Origin: Deltaproteobacteria bacterium
GTDB lineage: Bacteria; Desulfobacterota; Desulfobacteria; Desulfobacterales; UBA11574
Direction of reading: 5' to 3'
Assembly (NCBI GenBank): GCA_019308685.1
Contig: JAFDHQ010000024.1
Location: 1 to 62,148 of the forward strand
DNA length: 62,148 bases
Within the stretch, counting starts at the first letter, position 1, and the number at the start of each line of letters is the position of its first letter. Below the pieces are notes generated by a model. It ran no database searches. It was given only the letters and a program-made list of their open reading frames with translations, and was not told the DNA's origin. Shown here in pieces: positions 46,572 to 56,291 of this stretch. A program made the translations under genes and the position numbers.

Positions 46572-47951
46572 TCAGGTAGCGGCTTTTTTAAAATAACTGT
46601 GGAAATATTTTCTCATTGCAATCCGTGCGTAATAGCTCGCTCTCAGGCCAATGTATTTTTCATGGGCGACAATCACTGATAAAGCGATCTTTTGCGGTCC
46701 GTTTTTTTCTTCGGCAAATCCCACAAACCAGTCATAACGGGCATCGTGAGATTTGTTGTCAATGGAGCCTGTTTTGCCGCCGATATTGAGTTTGGAAAGA
46801 ATCTTATCTCTTCTATATCCTCTGAAAGCCTTTCTGCAGGTGCCGGAGCGAATGGTGGCCGCCATGAGTTGATTAAGGACTTTAGATGCTCTGGGGGTAA
46901 TTGCCTGGTTAATCGTGACCAAACGATTCCGGTAAATGATTTCTCCTTTTTCGTTAATGATCTGATCAACTACCGTAGGTTCCATGATACTCCCCTGATT
47001 GATGATTGCTGAAGCCATCATTGCACCGTGAAGGGGAGAGATTTTTGTTTTATTATTGAACCCGCAGGCGACCTCAGCCCATTGGTAAGGTTCATCGGAC
47101 AAATAGACAGAACTCGGAGCAATCTGAATCTCAAAATCGATATTTTTGTTGAAGTCAAAAGCTTCAGCGTACTTTTCGAGCGTATTTTTACCCAGGTAAA
47201 GGGCACCGATTTTCCCAAACACCGGATTAACCGATTGTGCAAATGACTCTCGAAATGTTATCCGGTTGGTATACTTGTTTGTCCGGTCTTTAAGCTGGGA
47301 CTTATACAGGGTATGTTTTTTCCCGTTGTATGAAAGTTTAGAACTCGGATTGAAGCCACATTTCTCAACAACTGCGGATGCGGTAACGATTTTAAAAATA
47401 CTCGCTGCGGGGAATCTGCTGTCCACGCACGGATTGTTAGACGGATCTGTCTTATCAAAACCGACCATACATAAAACTTTGCCGGTTGCTGGATCCATAC
47501 CCACGATTCCGATGTATCTGGATGTGTCTAATTTCAGCTTTTTTAGAAGATAGCCCTGCAGTTTTATGTCAAGGCTGGTGTCAATTTGAAATTTACGTCC
47601 ATCCGAAAAAAAGTCGAAACTTTTATTCTTAAGATTTACAAATGATATATGTTTAAGCAGGTCACGAACATTGCTTTTGTCTATTAACTTACCATAATTA
47701 AGGCGGGAGTCGATTTTTTTATCATGGGATGAGGAAAAATAATGACCAATTAAATGAGAAAATGATTTTTCGCCAAGACCGACGAATATTCCGTAACCCG
47801 AAATAAGAAAAGCAATAACCAGGGCGAATAATTTAATGGTTTTATTGATTAATCTTTTTTTGGTGGCAGTCCATTTCAAATTATTCTGATACTCTCTCCA
47901 TCCCGGTCTTTTGAGGGCTACTTGTTCGGTTTCAAGTTTGTGGGGAATCAT
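46572..47951 (-). CDS. monofunctional penicillin-binding transpeptidase (membrane-anchored)
   Basis: N-terminal TM helix and the three PBP motifs SIFK (SxxK), SVN (SxN) and KTGS. No glycosyltransferase motifs are seen. Confidence 0.8.
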   Translation of the reverse strand: MIPHKLETEQVALKRPGWREYQNNLKWTATKKRLINKTIKLFALVIAFLISGYGIFVGLGEKSFSHLIGHYFSSSHDKKIDSRLNYGKLIDKSNVRDLLKHISFVNLKNKSFDFFSDGRKFQIDTSLDIKLQGYLLKKLKLDTSRYIGIVGMDPATGKVLCMVGFDKTDPSNNPCVDSRFPAASIFKIVTASAVVEKCGFNPSSKLSYNGKKHTLYKSQLKDRTNKYTNRITFRESFAQSVNPVFGKIGALYLGKNTLEKYAEAFDFNKNIDFEIQIAPSSVYLSDEPYQWAEVACGFNNKTKISPLHGAMMASAIINQGSIMEPTVVDQIINEKGEIIYRNRLVTINQAITPRASKVLNQLMAATIRSGTCRKAFRGYRRDKILSKLNIGGKTGSIDNKSHDARYDWFVGFAEEKNGPQKIALSVIVAHEKYIGLRASYYARIAMRKYFHSYFKKAAT

Positions 47952-48013
47952 TGTTTAATGGACAATTAACCTTCAAATGGTTGTAATTTAGAATTTTAAT
48001 ATTGAATCTAATT

Positions 48014-49936
48014 TTAACTTAGGACTGTTCCCGGTTTTACTTTTTTGTCCAGTGTTGCTACCGTACAACCATTTTCATCGATAGCGGCCAGCAACATGCC
48101 CTGGGAGAGTATTCCCATCAATTTGGCAGGTTTGAGATTTGCAACAATAATGACCTGTTTGCCTACCAAATTTTCGGGAGAATAGTCTGCAGAAATCCCG
48201 GCAATAATGGTTTTCCTTTTACCCAGGTCAACTTCAAGTTTAAGCAGTTTTTTGGCTCTGGGTATTGCTTCTGCATGGATCACGGTAGCCACCCTGAGAT
48301 CGACCTTATTGAGTGTGTCGAGGGTGATTTCGGGCTTGATGGCAGCCGGTTCAGAACTTCGATGGCTTACCTCCGGCCGTAACGTATTTCCCTTTTTTAG
48401 ATCTATCCTCGGAAAGAGTGTAATTGATTTGGGCAAATTCGTGCCGGGAATCAGGGTTTTCCATGTTTTTAGGGAATCAAGATGATAGAATGGTCTTTTC
48501 GGGTTCAACCCCAGATGTTTTTGCATGGTCTCGGCCGTTTCCGGCATTATGGGATAAATAAGGCCGGATATGATTCTTAGGGATTCAAGAAGATTATAAA
48601 TTACAACTTCAAGTTGTTTTCTGCTCGATTTCTTCTTTGCAAGTACCCAGGGCGTGGTCAGATCAATATACTTGTTCAGCTGGCTGATCAATTCCCAGAT
48701 GGCCATGAGCGCCTTGTGAAAGGCAAACGCTCCCATATTTTTTTCGTAAGTTTTAATAGCTTGCAATGCATCCGATTTCAGTCCGAACCCAAGTTCCTCT
48801 TCCATTCGGGAATCGACTTGTGGAACAACTCCTGAAAAATATTTATGCACCATTGTTAGAACCCTGCTGAACAGGTTACCCAGATCATTTGCAAGATCAG
48901 AATTAATACGCTGTACCAGTGCCTTTTCACTGAAGTTGGAATCAAGCCCGAAAACCATATCTCGCATCAGAAAAAATCTGAATGAATCGAGTCCGTAAAC
49001 ATTTTTCAATTGAAGCGGTTCTACGACATTTCCCATGCTTTTTGACATTTTGCTTTGATCGATATTCCAGTATCCGTGAACATGCAGTTGTTTAAATATC
49101 GGAATGTCCGCCGCCTTTAAAATGATCGGCCAGTAAATGCCATGGGGCTTTAAAATATCTTTGGCCACTATGTGTTGTACAACCGGCCAGAATCTTTTAA
49201 ATAGATTCCCATCCGGATATCCCAAGGCGGAAACGTAATTTAAAAGTGCATCGAACCATACATAGGTAACATAGTCTTTATCAAACGGCAGCGTGATTCC
49301 CCATTTGAGTCTTTTTTTGGGGCGGGATATGCATAGATCCTCAAGGGGTTCCTTAAGAAAGGACAGAACTTCGTTTTTATAACGTTCCGGAGTTATAAAA
49401 TCAGGATTGTTTTTAATATGATCAATCAACCAGTCCTGATAACGGCTCATCTTGAAAAAATAGTTGGATTCTTCGATAGGTTCAGGTTCGGTTTCATGGT
49501 CAGGACATTTACCGTTAACCAGTTCCCGTTCCGTATAGAAACGCTCGCATCCAAAACAGTAAAGGCCTTGATATTCACTAAAATAGATATCGCCGGCATC
49601 ATAAATTTTCTGCATGACCTGTTTAACAATCGCAATATGGGATGTATCGGTCGTTCGAATAAAACAATCGTATTTTATATTAAGTTCGGGCCAGAGCGTC
49701 CTAAAGAGCCTGCTGATCTTATCCACATACTTCCTGGGACTTAGATTCTCCTTTTTAGCAGCACGTACAATCTTGTCACCGTGTTCGTCCGTACCGGTAA
49801 GCAAGAACGTTTCTACTTGGCTCATGGAGTGAAACCTGCGGACGATATCCGCTACAATGGTTGTGTACGCATGGCCAAGATGGGGTCTGGCGTTAACATA
49901 GTAGATCGGTGTTGTTACATAAAAGGGTTTTGACAT
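48014..49936 (-). CDS. metG: methionyl-tRNA synthetase with a C-terminal tRNA-binding (Trbp111-like) domain
   Basis: The HIGH-type motif HLGH, KMSKS present as written, a CxxC zinc knuckle and the C-terminal DLRVATV...L.VDLG domain. Confidence 0.95.
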   Translation of the reverse strand: MSKPFYVTTPIYYVNARPHLGHAYTTIVADIVRRFHSMSQVETFLLTGTDEHGDKIVRAAKKENLSPRKYVDKISRLFRTLWPELNIKYDCFIRTTDTSHIAIVKQVMQKIYDAGDIYFSEYQGLYCFGCERFYTERELVNGKCPDHETEPEPIEESNYFFKMSRYQDWLIDHIKNNPDFITPERYKNEVLSFLKEPLEDLCISRPKKRLKWGITLPFDKDYVTYVWFDALLNYVSALGYPDGNLFKRFWPVVQHIVAKDILKPHGIYWPIILKAADIPIFKQLHVHGYWNIDQSKMSKSMGNVVEPLQLKNVYGLDSFRFFLMRDMVFGLDSNFSEKALVQRINSDLANDLGNLFSRVLTMVHKYFSGVVPQVDSRMEEELGFGLKSDALQAIKTYEKNMGAFAFHKALMAIWELISQLNKYIDLTTPWVLAKKKSSRKQLEVVIYNLLESLRIISGLIYPIMPETAETMQKHLGLNPKRPFYHLDSLKTWKTLIPGTNLPKSITLFPRIDLKKGNTLRPEVSHRSSEPAAIKPEITLDTLNKVDLRVATVIHAEAIPRAKKLLKLEVDLGKRKTIIAGISADYSPENLVGKQVIIVANLKPAKLMGILSQGMLLAAIDENGCTVATLDKKVKPGTVLS

Positions 49937-49944
49937 TCTTAATC

Positions 49945-50757
49945 CTATTTTTTCCCCCTAAAGATTTTATCTAATCCAACTTCTATATCCTGACCCTCAT
50001 CTAAACGAATGGCTATTCGATTGAAGATCGTATTATGGCGTATTACCTTGCCTTTACCATTTTTGGTTTTTACGGTTTCCCCGATTTTTGGGAATTGTGA
50101 CTTAATTTTTTTGTACATTTCATATTCGAAGGTCAAACAACACATAAGTCGGCCGCACTGGCCGGAAATTTTTGTGGGGTTTAATGACAGCCCTTGTTCT
50201 TTTGCCATGCGTATAGAGACAGGTCCAAATTTCTCAATAAATGCCGAGCAGCATATTTCACGACCGCACCTTCCGATACCACCACACATCTTCGCTTGGT
50301 TGCGTATTCCCACCTGTCTCATCTCTATTCTGATACCGAATTTTTTAACAAGCATCTTGACGAGTTGCCGGAAGTCAACACGACCTTCAGACGTGAAAAA
50401 AAATGTCAATTTGCTTGCATCAAAGGAGCTTTCAACGGAAAAAAGGTTCATTTTAAGCCCAAGTTCATTGATGCATTTTAGACAATAGGAGTGGGCCTGT
50501 TTTTCAGTATTAAGATTCTTCTCTCTTTGACGAAAATCTTCTTGATTTGCCAGACGAAATACCATTTTCAACGGCTTACCTGTTCTTCCTTCCGTCGACT
50601 TGTCACAGGGCACCGGAACCAATGCAACGGTTCCGAACGTAAGACCTTGTTCGGTTTCCACGATCACATGGTCCCCGCGATTAAGCACAAATGCACCGCT
50701 GTCAAAGTCGTAAATCTTTCCGGAAGGTTTGAATTTTATTCCAACTATTTTTTTCAT
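49945..50757 (-). CDS. ricT: PSP1-domain protein (RicT/YaaT family)
   Basis: Cys-rich PSP1 C-terminal domain (CGRLMCCL). Conserved holB-ricT-metG neighbourhood. Confidence 0.8.
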   Translation of the reverse strand: MKKIVGIKFKPSGKIYDFDSGAFVLNRGDHVIVETEQGLTFGTVALVPVPCDKSTEGRTGKPLKMVFRLANQEDFRQREKNLNTEKQAHSYCLKCINELGLKMNLFSVESSFDASKLTFFFTSEGRVDFRQLVKMLVKKFGIRIEMRQVGIRNQAKMCGGIGRCGREICCSAFIEKFGPVSIRMAKEQGLSLNPTKISGQCGRLMCCLTFEYEMYKKIKSQFPKIGETVKTKNGKGKVIRHNTIFNRIAIRLDEGQDIEVGLDKIFRGKK

Positions 50758-50821
50758 ATCAAGTTTCGTATCCTATTGAACACCCTATGTTTCAGATACT
50801 CTGTATCATGTATAATGAGTC

Positions 50822-51895
50822 TTAAACTTTTGCAAGTCGCATTATTAATACTTCTAGAGTCAGACGCAAATTTGTGTTTGCCTGAATATGTTTTTGAGCT
50901 GATTCAATATCATTAATTTTTGAAATCAGTGAAGTAACGTTCATCTTTTCGGAAGCACGTTGAATTCTTTGGTTTAAGTCCCTGTTGATAATTTTTTCAG
51001 GATGATATTTACAGACAACAAGGTCTCTGAACCAGAATTTAATCACTTCAAGAGATTCATCAAGAATTTCTTTGCTTTTTGACAACTTTTCTGCAAATGC
51101 CATGCGTGAACCCATAGAACTTAGCGGTAAAGATTCAACTTCATTGATCAACCAGATTCTGCGGTTTATCCAATTTGCCCTATTTATGATGTTGATCATG
51201 GAAACAGCTTTGGAAGCACTTCCGTTTGCCATGATTGCTATTATCTTTGCTTCGTCCAAATTCGCTCCATGCCTTTGTAGTAGCAACGACTCGAGATTTT
51301 TTCGGGAAACCGGATTAAATCTAATATGTTGGCATCGAGACACAATTGTAGGAAGAAGGTCGGATGTCTGCAAAGCTGTTAGTATCAGAATCGTTCGATC
51401 CGGAGGTTCCTCCAGCACCTTGAGGAGGGCATTCCCCGCTGAAGGATTCATGGCTTGGGCGTCAGAGATTATGACCACACGTAATCTTGCCTCGAAAGGT
51501 TTCATGGCAAGAGTGCCTAAAAGGTTACGTATTTGACCAATCCTGATAAAAGGACCCGACGGTTTAAGTAGAATTATATCCGGGTGATTGCCCGATTCGA
51601 TTTTCCGGCATGATTTGCAACAGCCGCAAGGGTTAATGGTTGTTATTTGATTATATGGCGTGTAAGTTTCGGATCGGGTTTTCATCCTTTCTGAATGGTG
51701 CGTTGGCTTGATGGCCATGCAGTTACATGCCATTGCCAAAGCCATGGCTGCGGTTTTTTTGCCCACTCCTTCAACCCCGATAAAAAGAAGGGCGTGGGGT
51801 ATGGTCCCATTTTGAAGGAGAGTGGTTAATAGTCGTATCGGCTGTTCTTGGCCTAATATGGACTCAAATCCAAATGTTGATTCATAAACAGACAC
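50822..51895 (-). CDS. holB: DNA polymerase III delta' subunit
   Basis: GQEQPIRLL...HALLF.G.EGVGKKT clamp-loader N-terminus, a Cys-rich zinc module and the SRC motif (VSRCQ). GTG start in the ORF track, so the start is uncertain. Confidence 0.85.
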   Translation of the reverse strand: MSVYESTFGFESILGQEQPIRLLTTLLQNGTIPHALLFIGVEGVGKKTAAMALAMACNCMAIKPTHHSERMKTRSETYTPYNQITTINPCGCCKSCRKIESGNHPDIILLKPSGPFIRIGQIRNLLGTLAMKPFEARLRVVIISDAQAMNPSAGNALLKVLEEPPDRTILILTALQTSDLLPTIVSRCQHIRFNPVSRKNLESLLLQRHGANLDEAKIIAIMANGSASKAVSMINIINRANWINRRIWLINEVESLPLSSMGSRMAFAEKLSKSKEILDESLEVIKFWFRDLVVCKYHPEKIINRDLNQRIQRASEKMNVTSLISKINDIESAQKHIQANTNLRLTLEVLIMRLAKV

Positions 51896-51975
51896 AAATT
51901 TAACGTCAAAAAAATTCCACGGCTTTGTGAAAATAAAAATTTATCAATTTTTAAAAAACGGCAGTTTGTTTGGTT

Positions 51976-52515
51976 TTATGATAATATTTCGGGCAGTTTT
52001 TCAATATCTTCTTCACTCACGTCGACTCCGGCAAACTGCCCCAGCGCTTCGATATTAACAATGACACGCCCTTTCCCCTTGTACCGGGCAAAAGTTCCGA
52101 TTACACCGGCAAAGGGGCCATAAACCACGATTACCTGATCTCCTTTTTTAAAACGGGTTCCAGTTATCACCGGATTGTTTCCTCCGACCATGATCTCTAA
52201 AGATTTTATGGTATCGGACGGCACGGAAATCGGCCCGTCTTTGTTCCCTATTAAACGGACTGCACCGACTGTTTTTACAATTTCGAGATGTTCATAAGGG
52301 TTAAGATCGCTTTTTACAAACAGATATCCGGGGAAAAGCGGTACCCTGATCATGGCCTTTCGGTCACGGCGTTTGCTTTTGACCTGAATCTTTGGAAGAA
52401 AAACTTCTATGGATTTTTTTATCAGGCCTTCATTTACCACGTTTTCGAACCTGCTTTTTGTATGCAAGACATACCAGGAATATGTCAGATTTGATAATTT
52501 CATTTGTCTATTCAT
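51976..52515 (-). CDS. NusG-paralog transcription antiterminator (NGN plus KOW domains; RfaH/UpxY/LoaP-like specialised family)
   Basis: WYVLHTKSRFE...VPLFPGYLFV NGN domain and the KOW motif GDQVIVVYGPFAGVIGTF. It is not in the canonical secE-nusG-rplK context. No clear RBS. Confidence 0.75.
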   Translation of the reverse strand: MNRQMKLSNLTYSWYVLHTKSRFENVVNEGLIKKSIEVFLPKIQVKSKRRDRKAMIRVPLFPGYLFVKSDLNPYEHLEIVKTVGAVRLIGNKDGPISVPSDTIKSLEIMVGGNNPVITGTRFKKGDQVIVVYGPFAGVIGTFARYKGKGRVIVNIEALGQFAGVDVSEEDIEKLPEILS

Positions 52516-52573
52516 ATATTATGTTCGGTTGAATATGTCCAGTGGGATTATTTGTAACCCCTATCGTTCCTTA

Positions 52574-52783
52574 GGGTTCGCGCAAAAATAACTTCGCAGA
52601 ATTGGCGCTCAGATTTGGTCCAGACTTGGCTGATCCGAAAGAGCAAAACCACAGGAATAGCGAGCTATTTCGAGGATTTTGCGAGTGAGGCATCAGCCAA
52701 AGATGGGCTGAAGCTGAGATGTAAAAATGTGAAGTTATTTGAAGCTGAGATGTAAAAATGTGAAGTTATTTTTGCGCGAGCCC
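52574..52783. mobile_element. 210-bp non-autonomous (MITE-like) element with 22-bp terminal inverted repeats and an internal 31-bp tandem duplication
   Basis: The left TIR gggttcgcgcaaaaataacttc (52574-52595) matches the right TIR gaagttatttttgcgcgagccc (52762-52783) at 21 of 22 positions. The tandem unit gaagctgagatgtaaaaatgtgaagttattt occurs at 52710-52740 and 52741-52771. TTAG flanks both ends, and the element abuts the lptD stop codon. Confidence 0.6.
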
Positions 52784-55189
52784 TTAGCCAATTTCTCCTA
52801 TTCCAAAAAGCTTAATCATAAATTGATACTTGTAATCATTCTCATCTTTTATCAAATGAAACTCCAACGACCAGCATTGCCTCTCGTATAAAAAGCCCAG
52901 CCCGTACTTTATGACTTGACCATTAAAAATATCCCGTTCATATTCTGCAGATGCCGATAGCCTGTCTGATAATTTTAAAAGAAGATCGGTATAAATCGAT
53001 TCACTGGAATCGATGGTGTACCTGTATTCCAAGAATAGTTTGTCCCCGCGGTTATCCCATAAGTTTAATTCAACATTTCGGGATCGAAATTCGTTGTCAT
53101 AGTGGGACCATTCGGCATCAGCATCTATTGAAAAGTATTTGCCCGGAATAATTTCAAGTTCAGCGTAAATCGGGGAAAGCGGCTCAGGATCATCTTCTTT
53201 TTCCTTATTAATATCATAACTCTGTTCCAGCTTGAAACGGCAGAACTGGTTGTAAATATGGCTGGGCGGATGATAACTTTCATCACCGTTGGGTTTGTCT
53301 AATATATGTACCTCTTTTTTTTCTTTTTTCTCTTTGGATCTTGAGATGAGCGTATTTGTAATGGAATAAGTAATTCGGTTTTGTTCTTCAATTCGATCTA
53401 AATCATCAAACCATGGATATTCATCCTGGTCTTGGTCAGGTATGTAGTCCCAGGTGATCTGCGGTCGTATCTTATGCTGGATCTTATCAATACTTTTTCC
53501 ATTTAAATCGAATATGTTATAGATTTCGGAGAAAAGATCTATTTTTGTGTCATATAATTGTCTGTTGAGCCTTTTTTTGTCAGAAGGGCTGTATTTTTCC
53601 TTATCAAGATACCAAACCGTCTCCCGCACGCCTAAAGAGGGTTCAACGGTGAAATAGTTTTTATAATTAAAGGGAAGATAGAACCTGGGATGCGCATCCA
53701 TACGATGGCCCCTTGCACCGTCTTCCCTGTAAAAGTATGTGTATTCGGAATCGAGATCAAAATAAAAAGATGAACTAAAAATCCTCTGTTTTGCTCCGTC
53801 GAACTCTATAAAGGGCAGTTTTTGTAAGGTTGTATTCGTTTCTTCCCAGCGACGGCTTGTGACATTATCATACCAGAGGAGTTCGGCGTTGAGGCTGTAT
53901 GCGGGCCAGATCCTGTTTAAATTAAGACTGTTGGTTCTTACCGGGTCATCATTATCATCGAGGTCTCTGCCAAAGGTTTCAAGAAAATAAGAATCGGTTT
54001 GTTTGAAGCCCGTTAATCCGTCTTTGAATTCAAGAAGGTAATCCTGATCGCTCACGATATCTAGGTCAAGCCTTGCGGAAAAGTCAAAGGGCAACGCCTG
54101 ATCCTGTTTCATCCTGAACCAGTACCGGCTGGAATTGGGCCGCAGGAAGTTGTCATCTTCATATCCCCATTTTTCGCTTGAGTCAAAAGAACCGTCATCT
54201 ACTTTTTCATCATTCAAAAAATCATACATCAATGTCCCCTTGGACCTTTCGTCCAAAACATAACGGTATTCCAGACCTAATTTTTCCCCACGATGTGCCA
54301 TATAATCTAAATAGAACGTTGCATCCGAGCTTCGGTTTATGGCCCAGTAAACGGGCTGAATATATTCTGTTCCTTTGCGATCCGAATAGCCAAATTGGGG
54401 GGGCAATAAACCGGACTGACGTTTTAACTTTGCAGGAAAAAAAAGAAACGGAGTGTACAGTACCGGTATTTTTTTGGCCCAAAGCGCTGCATGCTTCACA
54501 AAACCGTACCCTTCTATTGTAATTTTCAGGTTTCTACCTGTAATTTTCCATGGCGGTCGATCACCGTCACAGGTTGTGATACTGGCTTTATCAGCAGTAT
54601 ATGAGTTTTTTCCGACCTTTTTAAGTTTGTCTCCTTTTATATAAAAATGGTTTTCTTGAAGAAATATCGTTCCATTATATACCGTTCCCGTTTCAGTATT
54701 CAGATCCATTTCCATCCGGCTTCCGGTCAGTATATCTTGTCCTACGGTCATGATGACATGGCCGTTTGCAAAGGCTTTCATGTTTTTTTGATCAAAACGG
54801 ACATAATCGGCGCTTAGATTTTTATCTTGTTTTGTTATGGTTACATTGCCTTTAGCGATATATTGATTTGCAGTGTCGTCATAATGTATTTCGTCGGCAA
54901 CAATATGCCACGGCACCGTGGGGTCATCCTTAAACAGTGGGGCTTTTCCCTCAGCCGAGGCATAATGAGAAGTAACAATCAGGATAAGGAGGGTCAGCGA
55001 AACACAATTAATTGCTTTGGGTATCCGAGCGAGTTTCAAAACCTCGTATTTCTTTTGAGTGTAAGCGACTAAAGCTAAGAAAGAGGCTTTGTACTTGGAG
55101 CACAAAAAAACTTTGCCGTAATTATTAATGCAATCTTGGCGCAAAAGACGGGAGTTTTGTAAACGGCTCATATCAAATATTCCGGGCAA
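52784..55189 (-). CDS. lptD: LPS-assembly outer-membrane protein LptD (OstA)
   Basis: OstA N-terminal domain and a large beta-barrel with alternating aromatic strands. The signal peptide (KLARIPKAINCVSLTLLILIVTSHYASA) begins about 50 aa into the ORF, so the real start may be nearer 55039 (TTG). Confidence 0.85.
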   Translation of the reverse strand: MPGIFDMSRLQNSRLLRQDCINNYGKVFLCSKYKASFLALVAYTQKKYEVLKLARIPKAINCVSLTLLILIVTSHYASAEGKAPLFKDDPTVPWHIVADEIHYDDTANQYIAKGNVTITKQDKNLSADYVRFDQKNMKAFANGHVIMTVGQDILTGSRMEMDLNTETGTVYNGTIFLQENHFYIKGDKLKKVGKNSYTADKASITTCDGDRPPWKITGRNLKITIEGYGFVKHAALWAKKIPVLYTPFLFFPAKLKRQSGLLPPQFGYSDRKGTEYIQPVYWAINRSSDATFYLDYMAHRGEKLGLEYRYVLDERSKGTLMYDFLNDEKVDDGSFDSSEKWGYEDDNFLRPNSSRYWFRMKQDQALPFDFSARLDLDIVSDQDYLLEFKDGLTGFKQTDSYFLETFGRDLDDNDDPVRTNSLNLNRIWPAYSLNAELLWYDNVTSRRWEETNTTLQKLPFIEFDGAKQRIFSSSFYFDLDSEYTYFYREDGARGHRMDAHPRFYLPFNYKNYFTVEPSLGVRETVWYLDKEKYSPSDKKRLNRQLYDTKIDLFSEIYNIFDLNGKSIDKIQHKIRPQITWDYIPDQDQDEYPWFDDLDRIEEQNRITYSITNTLISRSKEKKEKKEVHILDKPNGDESYHPPSHIYNQFCRFKLEQSYDINKEKEDDPEPLSPIYAELEIIPGKYFSIDADAEWSHYDNEFRSRNVELNLWDNRGDKLFLEYRYTIDSSESIYTDLLLKLSDRLSASAEYERDIFNGQVIKYGLGFLYERQCWSLEFHLIKDENDYKYQFMIKLFGIGEIG

Positions 55190-55235
55190 ATGGCTTCAAT
55201 TAAAATGAAAAATTCAGCAAGTCTGATGATCCATT

Positions 55236-55299
55236 TCCCGGGCAAACGCATTTAAATACCCATACGGGAAGAACGCTCCACGCCGTCGCTACGCTTCAC
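55236..55299 (-). repeat. intergenic repeat family 3, copy C (inverted)
   Basis: The reverse complement agtgaagcgtagcgacggcgtggagcgttcttcccgtatgggtatttaaatgcgtttgcccgg aligns with copies A and B. It lies in the divergent lptD/surE intergenic region. Confidence 0.6.
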
Positions 55300-55500
55300 T
55301 GATATCAAATACGTTTACCCTGAATCCATATCAATAACATCTTGAATAAGAATAAAATATCGAGTATAAATGTTATTTAGTCAAAAAAATCAAGATGTAG
55401 TTGCAAAATGATTTAACTTCTCAAAAAATTATGGATTTAGCTTATTGTTTTTATTTCATAACCCAGAACTTATTGAAAAATTACAAAATGATCGCTTAAA

Positions 55501-56256
55501 ATGAATATTTTATTAACAAATGATGATGGAATTTACGCAAAAGGGCTTTGGGCGCTTTATGAAAAGTTCTCACGCCGTCACCGTGTAACGGTCGTTGCTC
55601 CGGATCGGGAGCGAAGTGCTGTCGGGCATGGTATTACCCTCTATCAACCCCTTCGAACCAACATAGTAAATATCGATAACGGTTTCAAGGGGTATGCTGT
55701 GAACGGAACACCGGCCGACTGTGTCAAGATGGGCCTCATGGAAATCCTCCATGACAAACCGGATATGGTCATCTCGGGAATCAATCCCGGTGCAAATGTG
55801 GGCGTCAATATCAACTATTCCGGGACGGTTGCCGCTGCCAAAGAGGCTGCTTTATACAACGTACCGGCAATTGCTGTTTCCATACAGGGACGTCAGGCTG
55901 CCGACTATGACCACGCAGCCCATTTTACAGCACAACTGGCTGAGAATATATATAAAAAAGGACTCCCTTCCGGAACATTCCTCAATGTAAATATCCCCGA
56001 TATACCTACGGATAAAATAGAAGGTGTTCGGATAAGCAAGCAGGGAACCGCCCTTTATTCTGAATATCTTGAAAAGAGAATCGATCCTCGTAACCGCACA
56101 TATTATTGGCATGGACACGATTCCAATACTTCTTTTAAAGATCCTGAAATCGACGGCGCCGCACTTGATGATAACTTCATTTCCATAACACCGATTAAAT
56201 GCGATATGACGGATTACGAGATGATTGATGAACTGAAGCGGTGGAATATCACCTAA
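55501..56256 (+). CDS. surE: 5'/3'-nucleotidase SurE
   Basis: ILLTNDDGI N-terminus, SGINPG.N and YSGTVAAA motifs. Confidence 0.92.
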   Translation: MNILLTNDDGIYAKGLWALYEKFSRRHRVTVVAPDRERSAVGHGITLYQPLRTNIVNIDNGFKGYAVNGTPADCVKMGLMEILHDKPDMVISGINPGANVGVNINYSGTVAAAKEAALYNVPAIAVSIQGRQAADYDHAAHFTAQLAENIYKKGLPSGTFLNVNIPDIPTDKIEGVRISKQGTALYSEYLEKRIDPRNRTYYWHGHDSNTSFKDPEIDGAALDDNFISITPIKCDMTDYEMIDELKRWNIT

Positions 56257-56291
56257 TAAAAGTTCTCATTACCAACTACAAAGGCTGCAGT

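Noticed and set aside
52710-52771. CRISPR-like direct repeats: 31-bp x2 here, and 30-bp x7 at 24151-24360.
   Set aside because: The units are directly adjacent with no spacers. One set is coding sequence and the other is an internal duplication of a TIR element. No cas genes are present in the window.
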